Source of the DNA: Azolla caroliniana
Taxonomy: Eukaryota > Plantae > Polypodiophyta
Length of the DNA: 64,000 bases
Assembly: GCA_043228905.1 (NCBI GenBank)
Contig: JBHGNT010000014.1
Span: 10,602,001-10,666,000 of the forward strand
Direction: 5' to 3'
Shown here: positions 1 through 12,469 of the stretch, piece after piece
How the letters are laid out: each line of letters starts with the position of its first letter
How positions within the stretch are numbered: the stretch's first letter is position 1
The notes under the pieces: model-generated
Databases searched by the model: none
The model's input: only the letters and a program-made list of their open reading frames with translations
Told to the model about the DNA's origin: nothing
Made by a program: the position numbers and the translations under genes

Positions 1-381
1 TATGCCTTCTACTTCAGCATTAATTTTCAGTACTTGTAATTTAGAAGCCTCCAGTTCATTATGTGCCTCATACCAAAGTTTCTTATACATGGAAACAGTG
101 GCATTGCTTTCCGAACGTTCATAGGCTATATCATCCTGCAATTGCATAAGGTTACTTCTCATCTCTGATATTTGCTGCTTGATAGATGCATTCTCATCTT
201 CTAGGTTAAATTTTGCATGAATAGTTGGGATAGTTTTATGAACTTCAGCTCCCTGAGTTTTTCGAGAAAGACTAGTCTGAAATTGATGTGGCATAGTTCC
301 TTGGTGCAGAAAACTAAGAATACTTTGTGCATCCACATCATCCTTCAACCCATTGGTGCTAAAATCATCTTCTAAGCTCTC
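1..381 (-). CDS. Host gene coding exon 4 (runs off the window)
   Basis: Acceptor atgccag| at 382; open frame ESLEDDF...MYKKLWYEAHNELEASK..., resembling the YKNLWLEAEA motif of At3g49490-like proteins. Confidence 0.75.
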
Positions 382-465
382 CTGGCATTATACAAAGTGT
401 TAAATCCCATTCGAAATAATGCAACAAATCATGACATGATTTAAAGAAGATAGCCATGGATGAAC

Positions 466-1091
466 CTGATTGATCTCCAATATCGAATTGTCATTCTCAT
501 TTGTATGCAATTTTTGTAAAAGACTGAGAGAGAGCATATAAATCGACTTCTCCATGGCCAAGTCACTTTGACCAGAACCTCTATTTATATAACCAGATTT
601 GCTCCTTAAGATCACCTTGGAGAGATGATAGATGCTTTTCATTACCAATTGGTATCCATCCAATCCTAGCATGGCTTGACCATTGTCTAAACCAATATTT
701 TCATGCACTGAAGTAGCAATAGTATGTATATCTTCCACAGAAGGTTGACAGGTTTTACTTTCAGTAGACAGGATTTTCTGATTACCAGCATCACTCAAAT
801 CTAATAAAGTGGCATTTTTGCATTTTACAGAGTGATTTTCTTTGGTAACTGGATCTGCAAGGCCTTTTACAGTAGGCAGAGACTTAGATGAGGTAGACGG
901 AGAAGTACATCTAACATCTTTCAGTGAATCGCGACTGTTTTGTGAATTTGAGGAAATGTTGACAGTGTCCTTTATGCAAATATTGTTTCCAACTTGACTC
1001 TTATACTTATGATTGTTTATATCGCTGTTTTGTGTTTGAAACGAACACTTGCCTTCGTTCTTTGCAACCTCTTCTTTAGCACGCCTATCAT
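466..1091 (-). CDS. Host gene coding exon 3
   Basis: Acceptor ctgcag| at 1092, donor CAG|gttcat at 466. Contains LVMKSIYHLSKVIL and MEKSIYMLSLSLL, resembling the MHNLSELL motif of the At3g49490 family (recalled, not searched). Confidence 0.75.
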
Positions 1092-3379
1092 CTGCAGGGG
1101 CATGCAAAGATAAAACAATAAGGAAATTCAATTATAGAATATGATATATAATGTTCATCTTCTCTATAAATATGGAAGGAAAACAACACTTTTTATTATT
1201 GATATTGTTGAAACAAACCACAACTACTAACAAGGTTCCTGATTCCTACTTTCATGAATAGAAACTCAGTATAAAAATGTCTAGGCAGACCACAACTACT
1301 AAGACAATAAAGTAATACAATGTCCAATGGCTGTTGTGAACTCTTAAAACTAGACATTCTGATAGAATTCTGACTAGGGAAGTTTCTGAATAGAGATGAT
1401 TGGCAAGCCCAAACATGCCTAGCAATGAACATCACAGAAAATGTCCAATGCACGTTTTGTTATGTGAAACATCCACCTTACTAGGTTAATGGTCTCAATA
1501 TGACTTATTCAGCATAATCTGTAATAATCTTTGCACCAATCATAGGAGAAGGATTATTGTTTGTGTAAATATTGTTGCATGTGATCACGATCTATAAATG
1601 CCCAGGAAGACTATATGTGCACTCCATGTTCTTAGAATCCACTAACAAGAGGACAATCTTTCTTTGGATCACCAATCAAGATTGACGCTCACGATGAGTT
1701 TGGGGTTTAAAGGATCTCATGCGAGAGATTTGAGGATTGAAGTTTGCTGCACACAATCAATGCACATTGGAATCTACCTCAATCTCCAAGATACTCTTCC
1801 TAAAGTTCAAATGTTCACTGATAAGTATCAATATTGCAAAATAAAGTTTAGAAGCAAATTGCTTCACCTGGAATTTGCAGGTGCAAGAGGAGTCAATGTT
1901 ATCAATATAAACAGCCACAAAGTTGTCTAGATGTTCTAAAATGTTACAATATTATGGAGCCAATAGTAACCTCTAGATTTTCCATCTCAAATAAACTTTC
2001 TGGATGATTATAACCTCCTTAGTTTTAGCCTCCCTATGTATCACATGCTTTGTAGCAATTTCTCAATAACAGTTCACAAATCTCTTTCAGAGTTAAAATA
2101 CATACTTTGATCACAGAGTTTATATGTTTCTAATATCACTCCTATTTCATGGGTCATAAACTTATCCAGCCATCCCAGCTCAACTGTCAGCTGAATTCTC
2201 AATGACAGCAGAAAACTCACAAATCTAGATCTTTCATAATATCCTCCATCCTAACCTCCAGAATCCTGTTCCCAAATTTCTCCAAGCACGAGAAAGAGTT
2301 GGTCAGGGAGAGGCTAGCACGATAAGTTCAATCTTTACATTCCACAAGATCATCATCTAGTAGAGTAGAGAGATTGGCGGGATTTAACCCAAGTGTAAAG
2401 CTTAGTAAAATCATGGCTTACTATTAGAGTTTAGCTTCATTTTATTCTATGCTGAGCTTCATTAGAAATTTCCACGATAGTGGAATCCTGTGAAGGTAGT
2501 TTCCAGGCATGTATCTACTGAATTACAAAGCTCCATTCAATAATCTATTTCCACCTTGATATTTTCCTAGGGTGAGCTCTAGAATAGCTTTTCAATCTTA
2601 TTACATTTATCTCATGAATTATTCTCGTGCACATTAATGTAATATGCTTGCGCACGACTAACTCTTCCACAATTAGTATATTAATTGAATGGTTTCAAAA
2701 TTTTAATGTACGCACTGTTCCAAGAAGAAAAAATATGTAATGGGCTACAAGTATTAATAGCTGTATTGGACTTGGGCCACAGGTTTTAGTCTTGCTAAAA
2801 CAAGCTCTGAAGAGAATAAGTCCTCTTCTGGTTTCAATCATTTTCTTTGTATTCTACTCTTCTCTTTATCTAGTTTCCTTGCATCATGCCTCACATTGAG
2901 ATGTCATGTATAGATTGCAAAATTGAAATCAAGATCTTTGTACCAATATCATAAAGGAAGCTGTTCTTTCTGAAGATATTTTACACTCATAAGACCATGC
3001 CATGCACATTGGGATTTAGGCATGTTATATAGAGCAAGCTATAAACAAAAAATATCACTGAGAAAACATTGCATAAAATTGCATTGCAGAAGTACAAGAA
3101 AAAAAAAAAGTAGGGCTATATAATATAGGAAAAACTCTGAAATATCCTTGAAGTTTTAGTTGTTTTGAGGAATGGCCCTAAGTTTCCATTATTTCTCACA
3201 ATTGTCCCAATCAACCCCCCAAAATGAAACCTAGTTTCTCAAATAGCACTTACAATTACTCAGGAGAGGTTGATCTAGTACATTTTGGGAAAATAATGGA
3301 AACATAGAGGCATTTGGGGAAATAATGAAAAAACAGGGGTATTTTAAAGTTTTTTGCACACAGTATTAAACATGAATAC

Positions 3380-3652
3380 CATCAATGAAACTTGTCTCTG
3401 CTGACACCTTAGACAAGCTAGGCTTACTGATGAGGTTTCCAAAAGAAAATCCCTTTGGAAGCTCATGCTTCAACCCAGTGGCCGCAACCTGCTTTTCTAA
3501 ACTCTTCACTTTGCATTCAGAGTTCATCTCCCCAAACTTTTCCTGATGATTTCTCTGATAACTCACAATTACTTCCTTTTTATTTGATCGATAACCATCT
3601 CGGACAGGCACAGAGGTGTTGCCTTGATATGTGCTAGATCCAACCATAAAGG
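3380..3652 (-). CDS. Host gene coding exon 2
   Basis: Acceptor ttttgcag| at 3653, donor GATG|gtattc at 3380; phase 1 at both ends; translates AFMVGSSTYQ...SFID. Confidence 0.75.
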
Positions 3653-3882
3653 CTGCAAAACATAAAATATATAAATCTGCAGTGCCTCCTGATCCTAAGA
3701 GACAGAAATCACTTTATATATTCCTCAAGACGCCATCTTAAATATATTTCTCAGGAACTGTTGTATATATATGTTTCTCAACAAACCAATGTACAAATAT
3801 TTCGCAATTCCTCAAGAAACCATTGCATGTATATGGATTGGTAGAATCATAAATCAGAGCCCTATAGGAGGATTTCATTTAC

Positions 3883-4330
3883 CTTGGGGAAGAATGGAAG
3901 GTGGTCCAGATAATGATGCATTCTTGGAAGATATGAAAGTGCTTTCTCCTCCGCAAGGTATAGCCTGGTATGCAGAATCATCAAGATAAGAAGAATCACC
4001 ATATTGCCAGCCTGTACCAAAGCAATTCCAGTTGTTTTCTCCATAGAAAACTTCTGGAAACCATGACACCTCGAAGCTCTCTGTACCTGTACTTGCATAG
4101 TTCGAATGGCTATACAGGTTAGAGGTCTCTTGAACGTAAGTATCAGAGGCATTGTCCAAGTCTTTCTTTGAAGGAGAAGTTTGATCTGAATAGCAATACT
4201 GTTGCAATTGCTGTGAGCGTGGATAGAACGGTGTGAAGGATGAAGGGAGAGAATACGATGATCTTGGAACAGTACTGCTTGTCGTGGAAGCATCTGTAGA
4301 GGCTCGGGCATTGAATGATGAAGATTTCAT
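3883..4330 (-). CDS. Host gene, probable first coding exon (At3g49490-like uncharacterised plant protein)
   Basis: ATG at 4330 opens the 151-aa ORF; donor CAAG|gtaaat at 3883/3882; the phase-1 junction is in frame with the next exon. Confidence 0.7.
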
Positions 4331-4759
4331 TTCTTTGACGGTGTGAAGGAGAGGGAGAGAATGGTTACGGTAACAGTATTGAAGACAACTATATTACTAC
4401 CAAATGCGAACAGTAATGGCGATGGAAAAAAAAGGATAATATCCACAGAATGATGGAGAGAAGACGAAAAAGAAATAGTAATGGAGATTAAGGATCAGAC
4501 GGAATTATTTATTCAAAGAAAGATCAAAACAAGATTCATAAGACCAACAAAGAAAACAGAAATGGTGATAAAGGATCTGAATGATTAAACATGATGGAAG
4601 ACAAACCTTTCCAAGAAAATATGGTTCTAAAGGTTTGGATGCAAACAGCAATGGTGACGAATATTCAGTCTGAATTATGAAGTCTGTTGCTGATTCAGTT
4701 GGGAAGAATAGTGTAATAAGCAGCACACACACACATATATATATGACATAAAAGAAATT

Positions 4760-5450
4760 AGGGTTTCGGACCGTCTGTAGTTTGAGCTAGGGTTTCCGGG
4801 TGGGTGGCTGGGAATAGGGTTACCCAATGACTTTGGATTACGCTTATTAAATTCTTCAGACTGTACATAAGGGTTTGGAAATGACTGTGGATCAGGGAAG
4901 GTTTGAAGACTCTCTTCGGACTATGGAATATTGTTGCTGAATGATAAAGAAGGTGAGGTTTTCAGTCAGTCAGTCAGTCAGAAAGAAGCATATAAGATGT
5001 GACTTTCAGCCGTGTATGCAGGACGTGGGTTAGGGTTTCGGAACACACAGAGAGAGAGAGAGAATGAAATCCTACCCAAAACTGAATATAGCTGCTGCGT
5101 CTTCTTCTGTCTGCTACTGCTGCTTCTGCTTTCTTCTGTGAGAGAGCAATGGATGAAGAAGAAGAAGAAGAAGAAGAAGAAGAGAATGGTCTCTAAAGAT
5201 GGAAGATGAAGAAGGGGCCCATTACAATTGGATGGGGATGGGGGGAGTTAGGATTCTTTCACAAATTCTTTCACAAAATGTTGGTTGGAACTTGGGAGCC
5301 CAGCTTCTCTTACAAACCGAGTGGCCGGCCAGCCATCACGAGGGAGTGGCCCCCTTCTGCCTCTGTAAGTAACCAAGTCTCGCACGCCACTCACTAGTGG
5401 GTCATGTCATGTGGTCATGGCCATGATTGAGCGCACGTAAACCCCCCTCT
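4760..5450 (-). promoter_or_regulatory. Probable 5' UTR and core promoter of the host gene
   Basis: Telo-boxes (AAACCCTA on minus), CT/CTT-rich tracts on minus including (GAA)9 at 5155-5181, and GC-richer sequence upstream; typical of plant TSS regions. Confidence 0.45.
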
Positions 5451-5799
5451 CATTGGAACCATGTTGCCCAGCCTATCATGGGCAGCCTGTTGAGTGTTGG
5501 CTTGTCCACAGGGAATGTTATTGCTGCTTTGAGCTGACATTTCGTGAATACTCGTCGTGTTTTGTAGGACACTCGCCTCACCATGCAAAGCTCTTGGCTT
5601 ATAACGCAGCTTATCTCGAGCCTATTGTTACGGGCATTACCATAACTTATCCCTTGCTAGTTTTTTATGATAGTTTTCTACACACGAGGATAGGGGTGTG
5701 GGGTTTAATCCAAGAATGTAAAGGGCCATCACCACCTACTTTTTACCGTGTATGAAGATTATGCAAATCACACATTCGTTCCAGATGTTGTTATTGCGT

Positions 5800-6187
5800 C
5801 ATCGAGATTTTGTGTTTGAGGATGTGTGGGGATGCCAATGTCATTGTCTTTGCATGCACACACATAAGGAGGATTCAGACAACCCTTATGGGCCTGGTGT
5901 GAACTTGCTTGGAGGCCTTGGGTTTAACTATAAATATGAGGCCTAACTATCCTCATTGGGGCATCATTTGATTACGTCAACATTGTGATATTTTTGTGGC
6001 TAGTAGACGACACTACCAGGTATGATTCGGAGCCAATAATTGTGGAATGGGATGTCATTCAAGGCTCGAGTCCATCTTGATCCCTTCGTTCATGGGTGGT
6101 CGGGTGGATTGGCACCCTTTTTTCTCTCTCTGTCTCTTTATTTTCTTATCTGTTTCCTTATTTTTATGATAACAATTGGTATCGGAG
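5800..6187 (+). mobile_element. Degenerate LTR end with tRNA-iMet PBS
   Basis: ...TGATAACA (6174) followed by TGGTATCGGAG (6177-6187); left boundary uncertain. Confidence 0.3.
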
Positions 6188-6654
6188 AGACTTTCTTTTG
6201 TTGATTTGTTTTTCTTTCTAATGGTGAGTGATTAATGTGTCGTTCGAGGGGTGACGTAATAGGTGACACATTCAGATCATTACAAATATTATTCATTTTA
6301 TAGAATAAATTTGAAGTTAAGGAATTATTATAAAGGCTAGGATTGATTGAGTGGCTCTTATCAAAGTGGATTGGAATAAGTGGTTAGATGTGAATATTGC
6401 ATGTAGAAGTGACACATGTAACCTCCAATAACAGTAACGATGATTTACATGAGTGACAAATTTAATCAAAATATTAATGTAAAAGGGGAACTCCTCTCGT
6501 CAATCCTTTGTGGATCAACGCTAATTTTAGCGAAATGTGTCTTGTTATTTTCCTCTCATATCTTGATCCCATTCACTACATTGTTTCCTGCTCCGAGCTA
6601 TGTTTCTATAGCTTGTGTTGGAAAGCCCTTCAAGCTTTGTTTCTATAATTCCCT

Positions 6655-6961
6655 TGTTGAGAATCAAACTCAACCTAGACTAGTGTGTGAACACACCTTT
6701 CAGAATCTATGAGCACTCAAACGTCAAAAGTCACCACTACTATCTACACATTAACTATGTGTCATAGAATCATATTCTGTGACACATAACTAATGAGTTT
6801 CCACATTCCCCATGACTGATGAGCTTCGGTAGTTAATGAAGAGAGAGGGTGACTATATAAAGTACACTCCTCCTACTTTGTCATAGTCGGTTAAATCTCC
6901 TTTGTAATATACAATTATCTTGAGTATTCTATTTTCATTTATCTTGTGCTTCTCTCCTCTC

Positions 6962-7012
<51 letters not shown>

Positions 7013-7063
7013 CACATCTCAAACCTATTCCGTTCCACACGTGTGTTGTGTGTGTCTATGCCA
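6655..7063 (+). repeat. Copia-1 5' LTR (3' end approximate), containing a (CT)n(CA)n microsatellite at ~6955-7011
   Basis: First ~180 bp match 17283-17460. Confidence 0.7.
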
Positions 7064-7143
7064 ATGATCCAAAGAGATCTGGCTCATTGTTATTGTAGTG
7101 CGACTACATAGCTTGTATTCAAGAGAGAAGAAGGAAATAAATC

Positions 7144-7626
7144 TGTCAAGACTGAGAGAGAAAAAGAGAGAGAAAAAGAGAGAGAAAAAGAGATAGAGAG
7201 ATAATTGAAAGAGAATTATTATATTGAAGCGTAAAATGGATTACAAAGAGTAGGCTACAAAATGGCGTTGAACCAATTTAGGTTTGGGATGGGTGGTAGA
7301 TCCTTATTTATAAGTAATAGAGAACTCTCTAGAATATTCTAGGTTATCCTAGAATGTAGAGTAATCTAGAAGATCTCTAGAGTATTCTAGAAGGTTCTAG
7401 TGGTATAGAACACTCTAGAATATTCTAGGTCATTCTAGAATGTAGAGTAATATAGAATATTCCTATGATATTAGATTTCATATTCTAGAGACTATACATA
7501 TAAGAATATTAATACAATGGTTAAGGATTTGACATGTGTACAACAAGGTCGTGGGTTCAAATCCTTTCAAGTCATAATGTGAGTGTCATGATCCTTTCGA
7601 TGTATGATGTGACTGTTATCATGACA
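7144..7626 (-). repeat. Copy A 3' LTR (483 bp)
   Basis: Matches 12470-12940 apart from about 2 substitutions and one extra 12-bp AG-rich unit. Confidence 0.95.
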
Positions 7627-10600
7627 CTATCCCCCTTCTTCGACGACACGTCTCACGGGTCGTAGGGTTTGTATTAGGACCTGGTTTACAAGGATATTGG
7701 CGATGAAATGCATTGACGAGTTCTGCAGCATTGGAAAGATTTGTGGCAGGTTCCCAAGTTCGATCATTGGGGGTATAGCCTAGCCAATCGACCAAGTAAT
7801 ACAACTTGTTGCGCACGATTTTAGAATCGAGAACGGCAGCAACTTCAAATTCAGGCCCGTCCAAGAACTCGACAGGTGGTGGGGGTGTCGTAAGACAGCC
7901 CAGAATTGAACTTGTAGTATAAGGTTCCAAAAGGGATACATGAAACATCGGATGAAGATGCATGTGCGGAGGGAGGTCAAGACGAAATGCAACATCACTT
8001 ATCTTACCAGTGATCATGTAAGGGCCAAAACGTTGGTAATCCAATTTACTGCAAGGTCGAGTGGTCTTGATGTTGTGTTGGAGAAGCCATACATGATCCC
8101 CAATGCGGAACTTTTTTGAGGAGTCTAGACGATGACGATCGGCAAGCCTCTTGTGTGTAAATTGAGCATCGTGCAAATTGTGGAGAATGTTAGCTTGAAT
8201 TTCTTGGAGGCGACTAAGACGATCCTCGGCAGCAGGGTTGGTAGGAACTTCTGGATGCGCATTCATCGTCCATCGAGGATGACAACCCGTATTTGCGAAA
8301 AATGGGGAATATCCTGTAGAAGAATGGGCTGAGTTGTTGTAAGCGAATTCCGCCAAGTGCAAAAATGCAACCCAATCATCTTGTTGATAGTTGATGAAAC
8401 AACGAAGATATTGTTCCAATGTCTGGTTGGTACGCTCTGTTTGGCCATTTGTTTCAGGATGATAGCCCGAAGAAAGCTTAACTGAAATGTGGAGAAGTTT
8501 GAACAGGTGCTTCCAAAACTTTGAGATGAATTGTGGACCACGATCACTAATAATATCATCTGGCAGACCATGATGCTTAAATACCTCCCGCATAACGAGA
8601 TCAGCCGTCTCTTGACTAGTAATCGACTTTGTACATGGCAAGAAATGTGCCATTTTGGTAAATCGATCAACCACTGTGAGAATTGCATCAAAACCTTTTG
8701 AAACTGGGAGATCAGTAATGAAGTCCAAGGATATAGACTTCCAAGGTGTTTCCGGAACGGGAAGTGGTTGTAGTAAGCCATAGGGTCGGTGACGAGGATT
8801 CTTTGATCGACAACATATATCACAACTCCGAACATACTCCTCAACAAAATGACGAAGGCGAGGCCACCAATAGCGTCGAGAAATTAATTCTAGAGTCTTG
8901 TGAACTCCAAAATGACCAGCCATTGGTGAGTCATGGCAATGTTGCAAAACTTGTAGCCGTGGGGGACCATCAGGAACATACAATAAATTTTGTCGAAATA
9001 GAAAACCATCATGCCAATAGAACTGACAATAGTCATTACGAGGATTTTTCGACTGTGAGCAAGAAGCACGATCCGGGACGATATGATCCAAAACATCCTT
9101 GGCGAAATCATCAGTGGCCATATGATCTCGAATGGAATCAAGAAGAGTGGAATTTTCAAGAGCTGTTATGGCGTTAACTACCATTAATCGTAATCGATTA
9201 GGACCCAAAAGGATTTGTTTTTGATGCTCAAAAGCAGGTTCCCCTGGACGAAGTTCCATATAAGAGCGCCGAGAAAGAGCATCTGCTTTGCCTTGCTGCA
9301 TCCCAGGGCGATATATGATGATAAAGTCGAAGTGAGTCAAAAATTGCGCCCACCGGGCTTGTCGCCGACTCAAGACTCGAGCATTTTGGAAATAAGTCAG
9401 GTTCTTATGATCATTGTAGACAATGATCTGCTGAGAAGAACCTTCTAGGAAATGTCGCCATTGTTGAAACGAATCCACGATTGCAAGAAGCTCTTTGTCA
9501 TGGATCTCGTAGTTGATCTCTGCAGCTTCAAACTTTCGTGAATGAAAGGCGACAGGGTGTAGTTGTCCATCATCTCCAGTCTGCGAGAGGACACTCCCTA
9601 GTGCAAAATCGGATGCATCGGCTTCGAGGATGAAGCGTTTTGTTGGGTCGACATGTGCTAAGATAGGTGCCGTTGTAAATGCTCGTTTTAAGCTTTCGAA
9701 TGCCTCGGATGCATCTGAACTCCATATAAATGGTTGATCTTTATGTGTGAGCTGAGTAAGCGGAAGCACAACCTTGGAATAATCTTTAATAAATTTTCGA
9801 TAAAAATTTGCAAACCCGAGAAAACATTGCACATCACGCACTGAAAGGGGCGTTTGCCATTCTAAAATTGCCTGTACCTTCATGGGGTCCATAGCAATAC
9901 CATTTGACGATACAACATACCCCAAAAATTCCACTTGATTCTGGCCGAAACTACACTTTTCTAATTTTGCGTAGAGACCATATTCTCGGAGTCGGCATAG
10001 TACTTGACGAACATGTGCATCATGCTCCTCTTGGGTCTTTGAGTAGATTAAAATATCATCTAGGTAAACTATAGTGAAGATATCAAGAAAATCTCGAAAA
10101 ATATCGTTCGCCATATGTTGGAAAACAGCAGGTGCATTCGTGAGACCAAATGGCATCACTGTATACTCAAAATGTCCATAGCGAGTGCGGAAAGCTGTCT
10201 TCCATTCATCCCCCGGGCGAATCCGAACTAGATTATATGCTCCGCGAAGGTCCAACTTCGTGAAATATTTTGCACCACTGAGACGTTCCAAAAGATTCGG
10301 GATTAATGGTAGAGCATATCTATTTCGGATAGTCACTTTGTTTAGCCCTCGATAATCCACGACCAACCGAAGAGTCCCATTCTTCTTCTTAACGAAGAAG
10401 ATAGGTGCACCAGCAGGGGATCTAGAATGCCGAATGAATCCGTTTGCCAGATTCTCATCAATATATTCCCGCAAAGTCTCTAGCTCTACAGGGGAGAGAT
10501 TATAAATTGGGCCCCATGGAGGTTCTTTCCCTGGTTGTAAGTCAATAGGGCAGTCGTATGGCTGATGCTCCGGCAATGTATTGGCCTTCACCTTATCAAA

Positions 10601-11170
10601 GACATCTGAAAACTCCTTGTATTTCTCTGGTAGTTTAATATCCGTGTCACGTGAAGTGGATGATGGAGTTGCTACTATTGCGAAGACGAACATGGCCTCG
10701 TTCCCCCCTTCCTCCCGCAACTGTCGTAAAGAGATGGGCGATAACTCCGGGGATCTATTAACACATGTAGGAGAGAGGGATGCAGGATTTGTGCTTTTGT
10801 CCCGAGTCTCCTCAATTGTTCTTTTCATCCAATCAATCTTCGGGTTATGGAGTTCAAACCAGGGGAGACCTAGAACTATTGGGTGGTCCGGACTACGAAT
10901 AATATTGAAAGAGATTATGCTTGCCAAATTGCCAAGAACTATCCTAATTGGCTCGGACTCCTCGACTATATCTCCTGATGCTATGGGACGTCCATCGATG
11001 ACTCCTACGGCTACTGGGTTGGGAAGCTTATTCAAGAGGATGTTTTGTGACAAGGCAAATTCACGATCCATGAAACAAGAGTTGGCTCCAGAATCTAGAA
11101 GGGCAGAGGCTAGGACTCGATGACATGTAGATGTGGTAAGCTCGACTTGTGCTGAAAAAACTCGACTCAC
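7619..11170 (-). CDS. pol: Pol polyprotein (PR LLDSGA, RT YLDD, RNase H, integrase, chromodomain)
   Basis: Uninterrupted 1183-aa ORF with no ATG start (GTG), presumably reached by a -1 frameshift; C-terminal FEVAAVLD...YYLVDWLGY...TWEP chromodomain. Confidence 0.95.
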   Translation of the reverse strand: MSRVFSAQVELTTSTCHRVLASALLDSGANSCFMDREFALSQNILLNKLPNPVAVGVIDGRPIASGDIVEESEPIRIVLGNLASIISFNIIRSPDHPIVLGLPWFELHNPKIDWMKRTIEETRDKSTNPASLSPTCVNRSPELSPISLRQLREEGGNEAMFVFAIVATPSSTSRDTDIKLPEKYKEFSDVFDKVKANTLPEHQPYDCPIDLQPGKEPPWGPIYNLSPVELETLREYIDENLANGFIRHSRSPAGAPIFFVKKKNGTLRLVVDYRGLNKVTIRNRYALPLIPNLLERLSGAKYFTKLDLRGAYNLVRIRPGDEWKTAFRTRYGHFEYTVMPFGLTNAPAVFQHMANDIFRDFLDIFTIVYLDDILIYSKTQEEHDAHVRQVLCRLREYGLYAKLEKCSFGQNQVEFLGYVVSSNGIAMDPMKVQAILEWQTPLSVRDVQCFLGFANFYRKFIKDYSKVVLPLTQLTHKDQPFIWSSDASEAFESLKRAFTTAPILAHVDPTKRFILEADASDFALGSVLSQTGDDGQLHPVAFHSRKFEAAEINYEIHDKELLAIVDSFQQWRHFLEGSSQQIIVYNDHKNLTYFQNARVLSRRQARWAQFLTHFDFIIIYRPGMQQGKADALSRRSYMELRPGEPAFEHQKQILLGPNRLRLMVVNAITALENSTLLDSIRDHMATDDFAKDVLDHIVPDRASCSQSKNPRNDYCQFYWHDGFLFRQNLLYVPDGPPRLQVLQHCHDSPMAGHFGVHKTLELISRRYWWPRLRHFVEEYVRSCDICCRSKNPRHRPYGLLQPLPVPETPWKSISLDFITDLPVSKGFDAILTVVDRFTKMAHFLPCTKSITSQETADLVMREVFKHHGLPDDIISDRGPQFISKFWKHLFKLLHISVKLSSGYHPETNGQTERTNQTLEQYLRCFINYQQDDWVAFLHLAEFAYNNSAHSSTGYSPFFANTGCHPRWTMNAHPEVPTNPAAEDRLSRLQEIQANILHNLHDAQFTHKRLADRHRLDSSKKFRIGDHVWLLQHNIKTTRPCSKLDYQRFGPYMITGKISDVAFRLDLPPHMHLHPMFHVSLLEPYTTSSILGCLTTPPPPVEFLDGPEFEVAAVLDSKIVRNKLYYLVDWLGYTPNDRTWEPATNLSNAAELVNAFHRQYPCKPGPNTNPTTRETCRRRRGIVS

Positions 11171-11256
11171 TTGATTTGATGAAATGGAACCACGACTAGG
11201 AACTAACTCTACATAGCTAGGATGGTCCAGCCAAATGGCTCCTATTTTGGCCGGAC

Positions 11257-12381
11257 TTACTCGTTTAACACATCCTCTAATTAACTCAAGACATCGAATC
11301 TATTCTCATGACATGGACTATGAGGCTTATTTATGTTATTAGAAGTAACAATAGAACTCGATGTAGGGTTTTCATGGGCACTTACTTGGTATACTTGACG
11401 CCTAGGTTTATGTGGACAATTTACAGCTATATGTCATGGACCACCACAATACAGGCAAAGGCGATGCGCTCGACGTCGTTGTTTCTCAGCATCTGATAAC
11501 GGCCCACGACGTTGTGTTGACTCTATTTCCATCGGAGTTGGGCCATCCCTTGTAATGGGTCTAGAAACTTGTGGAGGCGTTGCGACTACGGAAGCGTAAG
11601 TCTGTTCAGGTTGGCGGCGTAACATTTGTTGGCGCTCAGAACGTCGCTCAAATAGGCGATTATCACATCGCACAGCTCGACTAATGGCTTCTGTAAGTGA
11701 CTTCGGATCTTCAGGGAAAGTAAGAAGAAGATCTTTGACATCATTTCTCAAACCTTGACGGAATTGATCCATTAAAGCTGCCTCATCCCAAGGGATATCG
11801 CATGCCAAGAGACGGAAATCGGCTGCAGAAGATGACGCGGGACGATCTCCTTGTCGGAGCCTTCGAATCTTGTTTATCGCTGTCCTAGTGCTGTCAGTGT
11901 CTCCGAAACTAGCTTGAAACTCTTTAACAAAGGCCTCGAAATCCTCCAGCAATGGTGATTTCTTCTCGAGAAGTGGTGCGAACCATGCTAACGCCGTACC
12001 GCATAGCAAAGTTCCCACTAATCCCACACGAGCAGCATCCGTTGGATACCGATTGGGATGTAGCTGAATAACTAAATGAACTTGATTCAAAAAGCCTCGA
12101 AATAAAGATCTCGTACCATCAAACTTGGCAGGGAGGCTGATCTTTGGCTCTCTAGGAGAGTTCTGAGCCCCCGACGCTTGCTCTCGTAATGACAATATAG
12201 TCGCCTCAAGTTGATGAACCCGCTGTGATAACTTTTCATATTGTTGAGCTTTTTCGGCGCTCACGTGTTGTAGATCTCCAAGTAGCCTTTGATTCTCATG
12301 CTCTAATGCCACAAATTTATTCGTGAGCATGTCGAGCTCAGAAAGAACACGCATGTATTCTTGTTTGCTCACGGACTCCAT
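11257..12381 (-). pseudogene. gag: Gag of copy A with premature stops
   Basis: Near-identical to 42221-43345 but with GGA>TGA at 11434-11436 inside the CCHC knuckle and CAA>TAA near 11282. Confidence 0.9.
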
Positions 12382-12469
12382 AGCTTATGAGGGGAGAGGA
12401 GAAGGAAGAAGAGAACTTGTTAGGGTTTGTGGAAGACGAAGAGATGAAAGGAAAAAAATTGGTTCAAAC

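Noticed and set aside
1500-2700. Possible decayed LINE fragments in the long intron
   Set aside because: Too degenerate to support by eye.
7505-7575. Functional tRNA gene
   Set aside because: A/B boxes are present but the acceptor, anticodon and T stems do not pair; reported as a tRNA-derived cassette.
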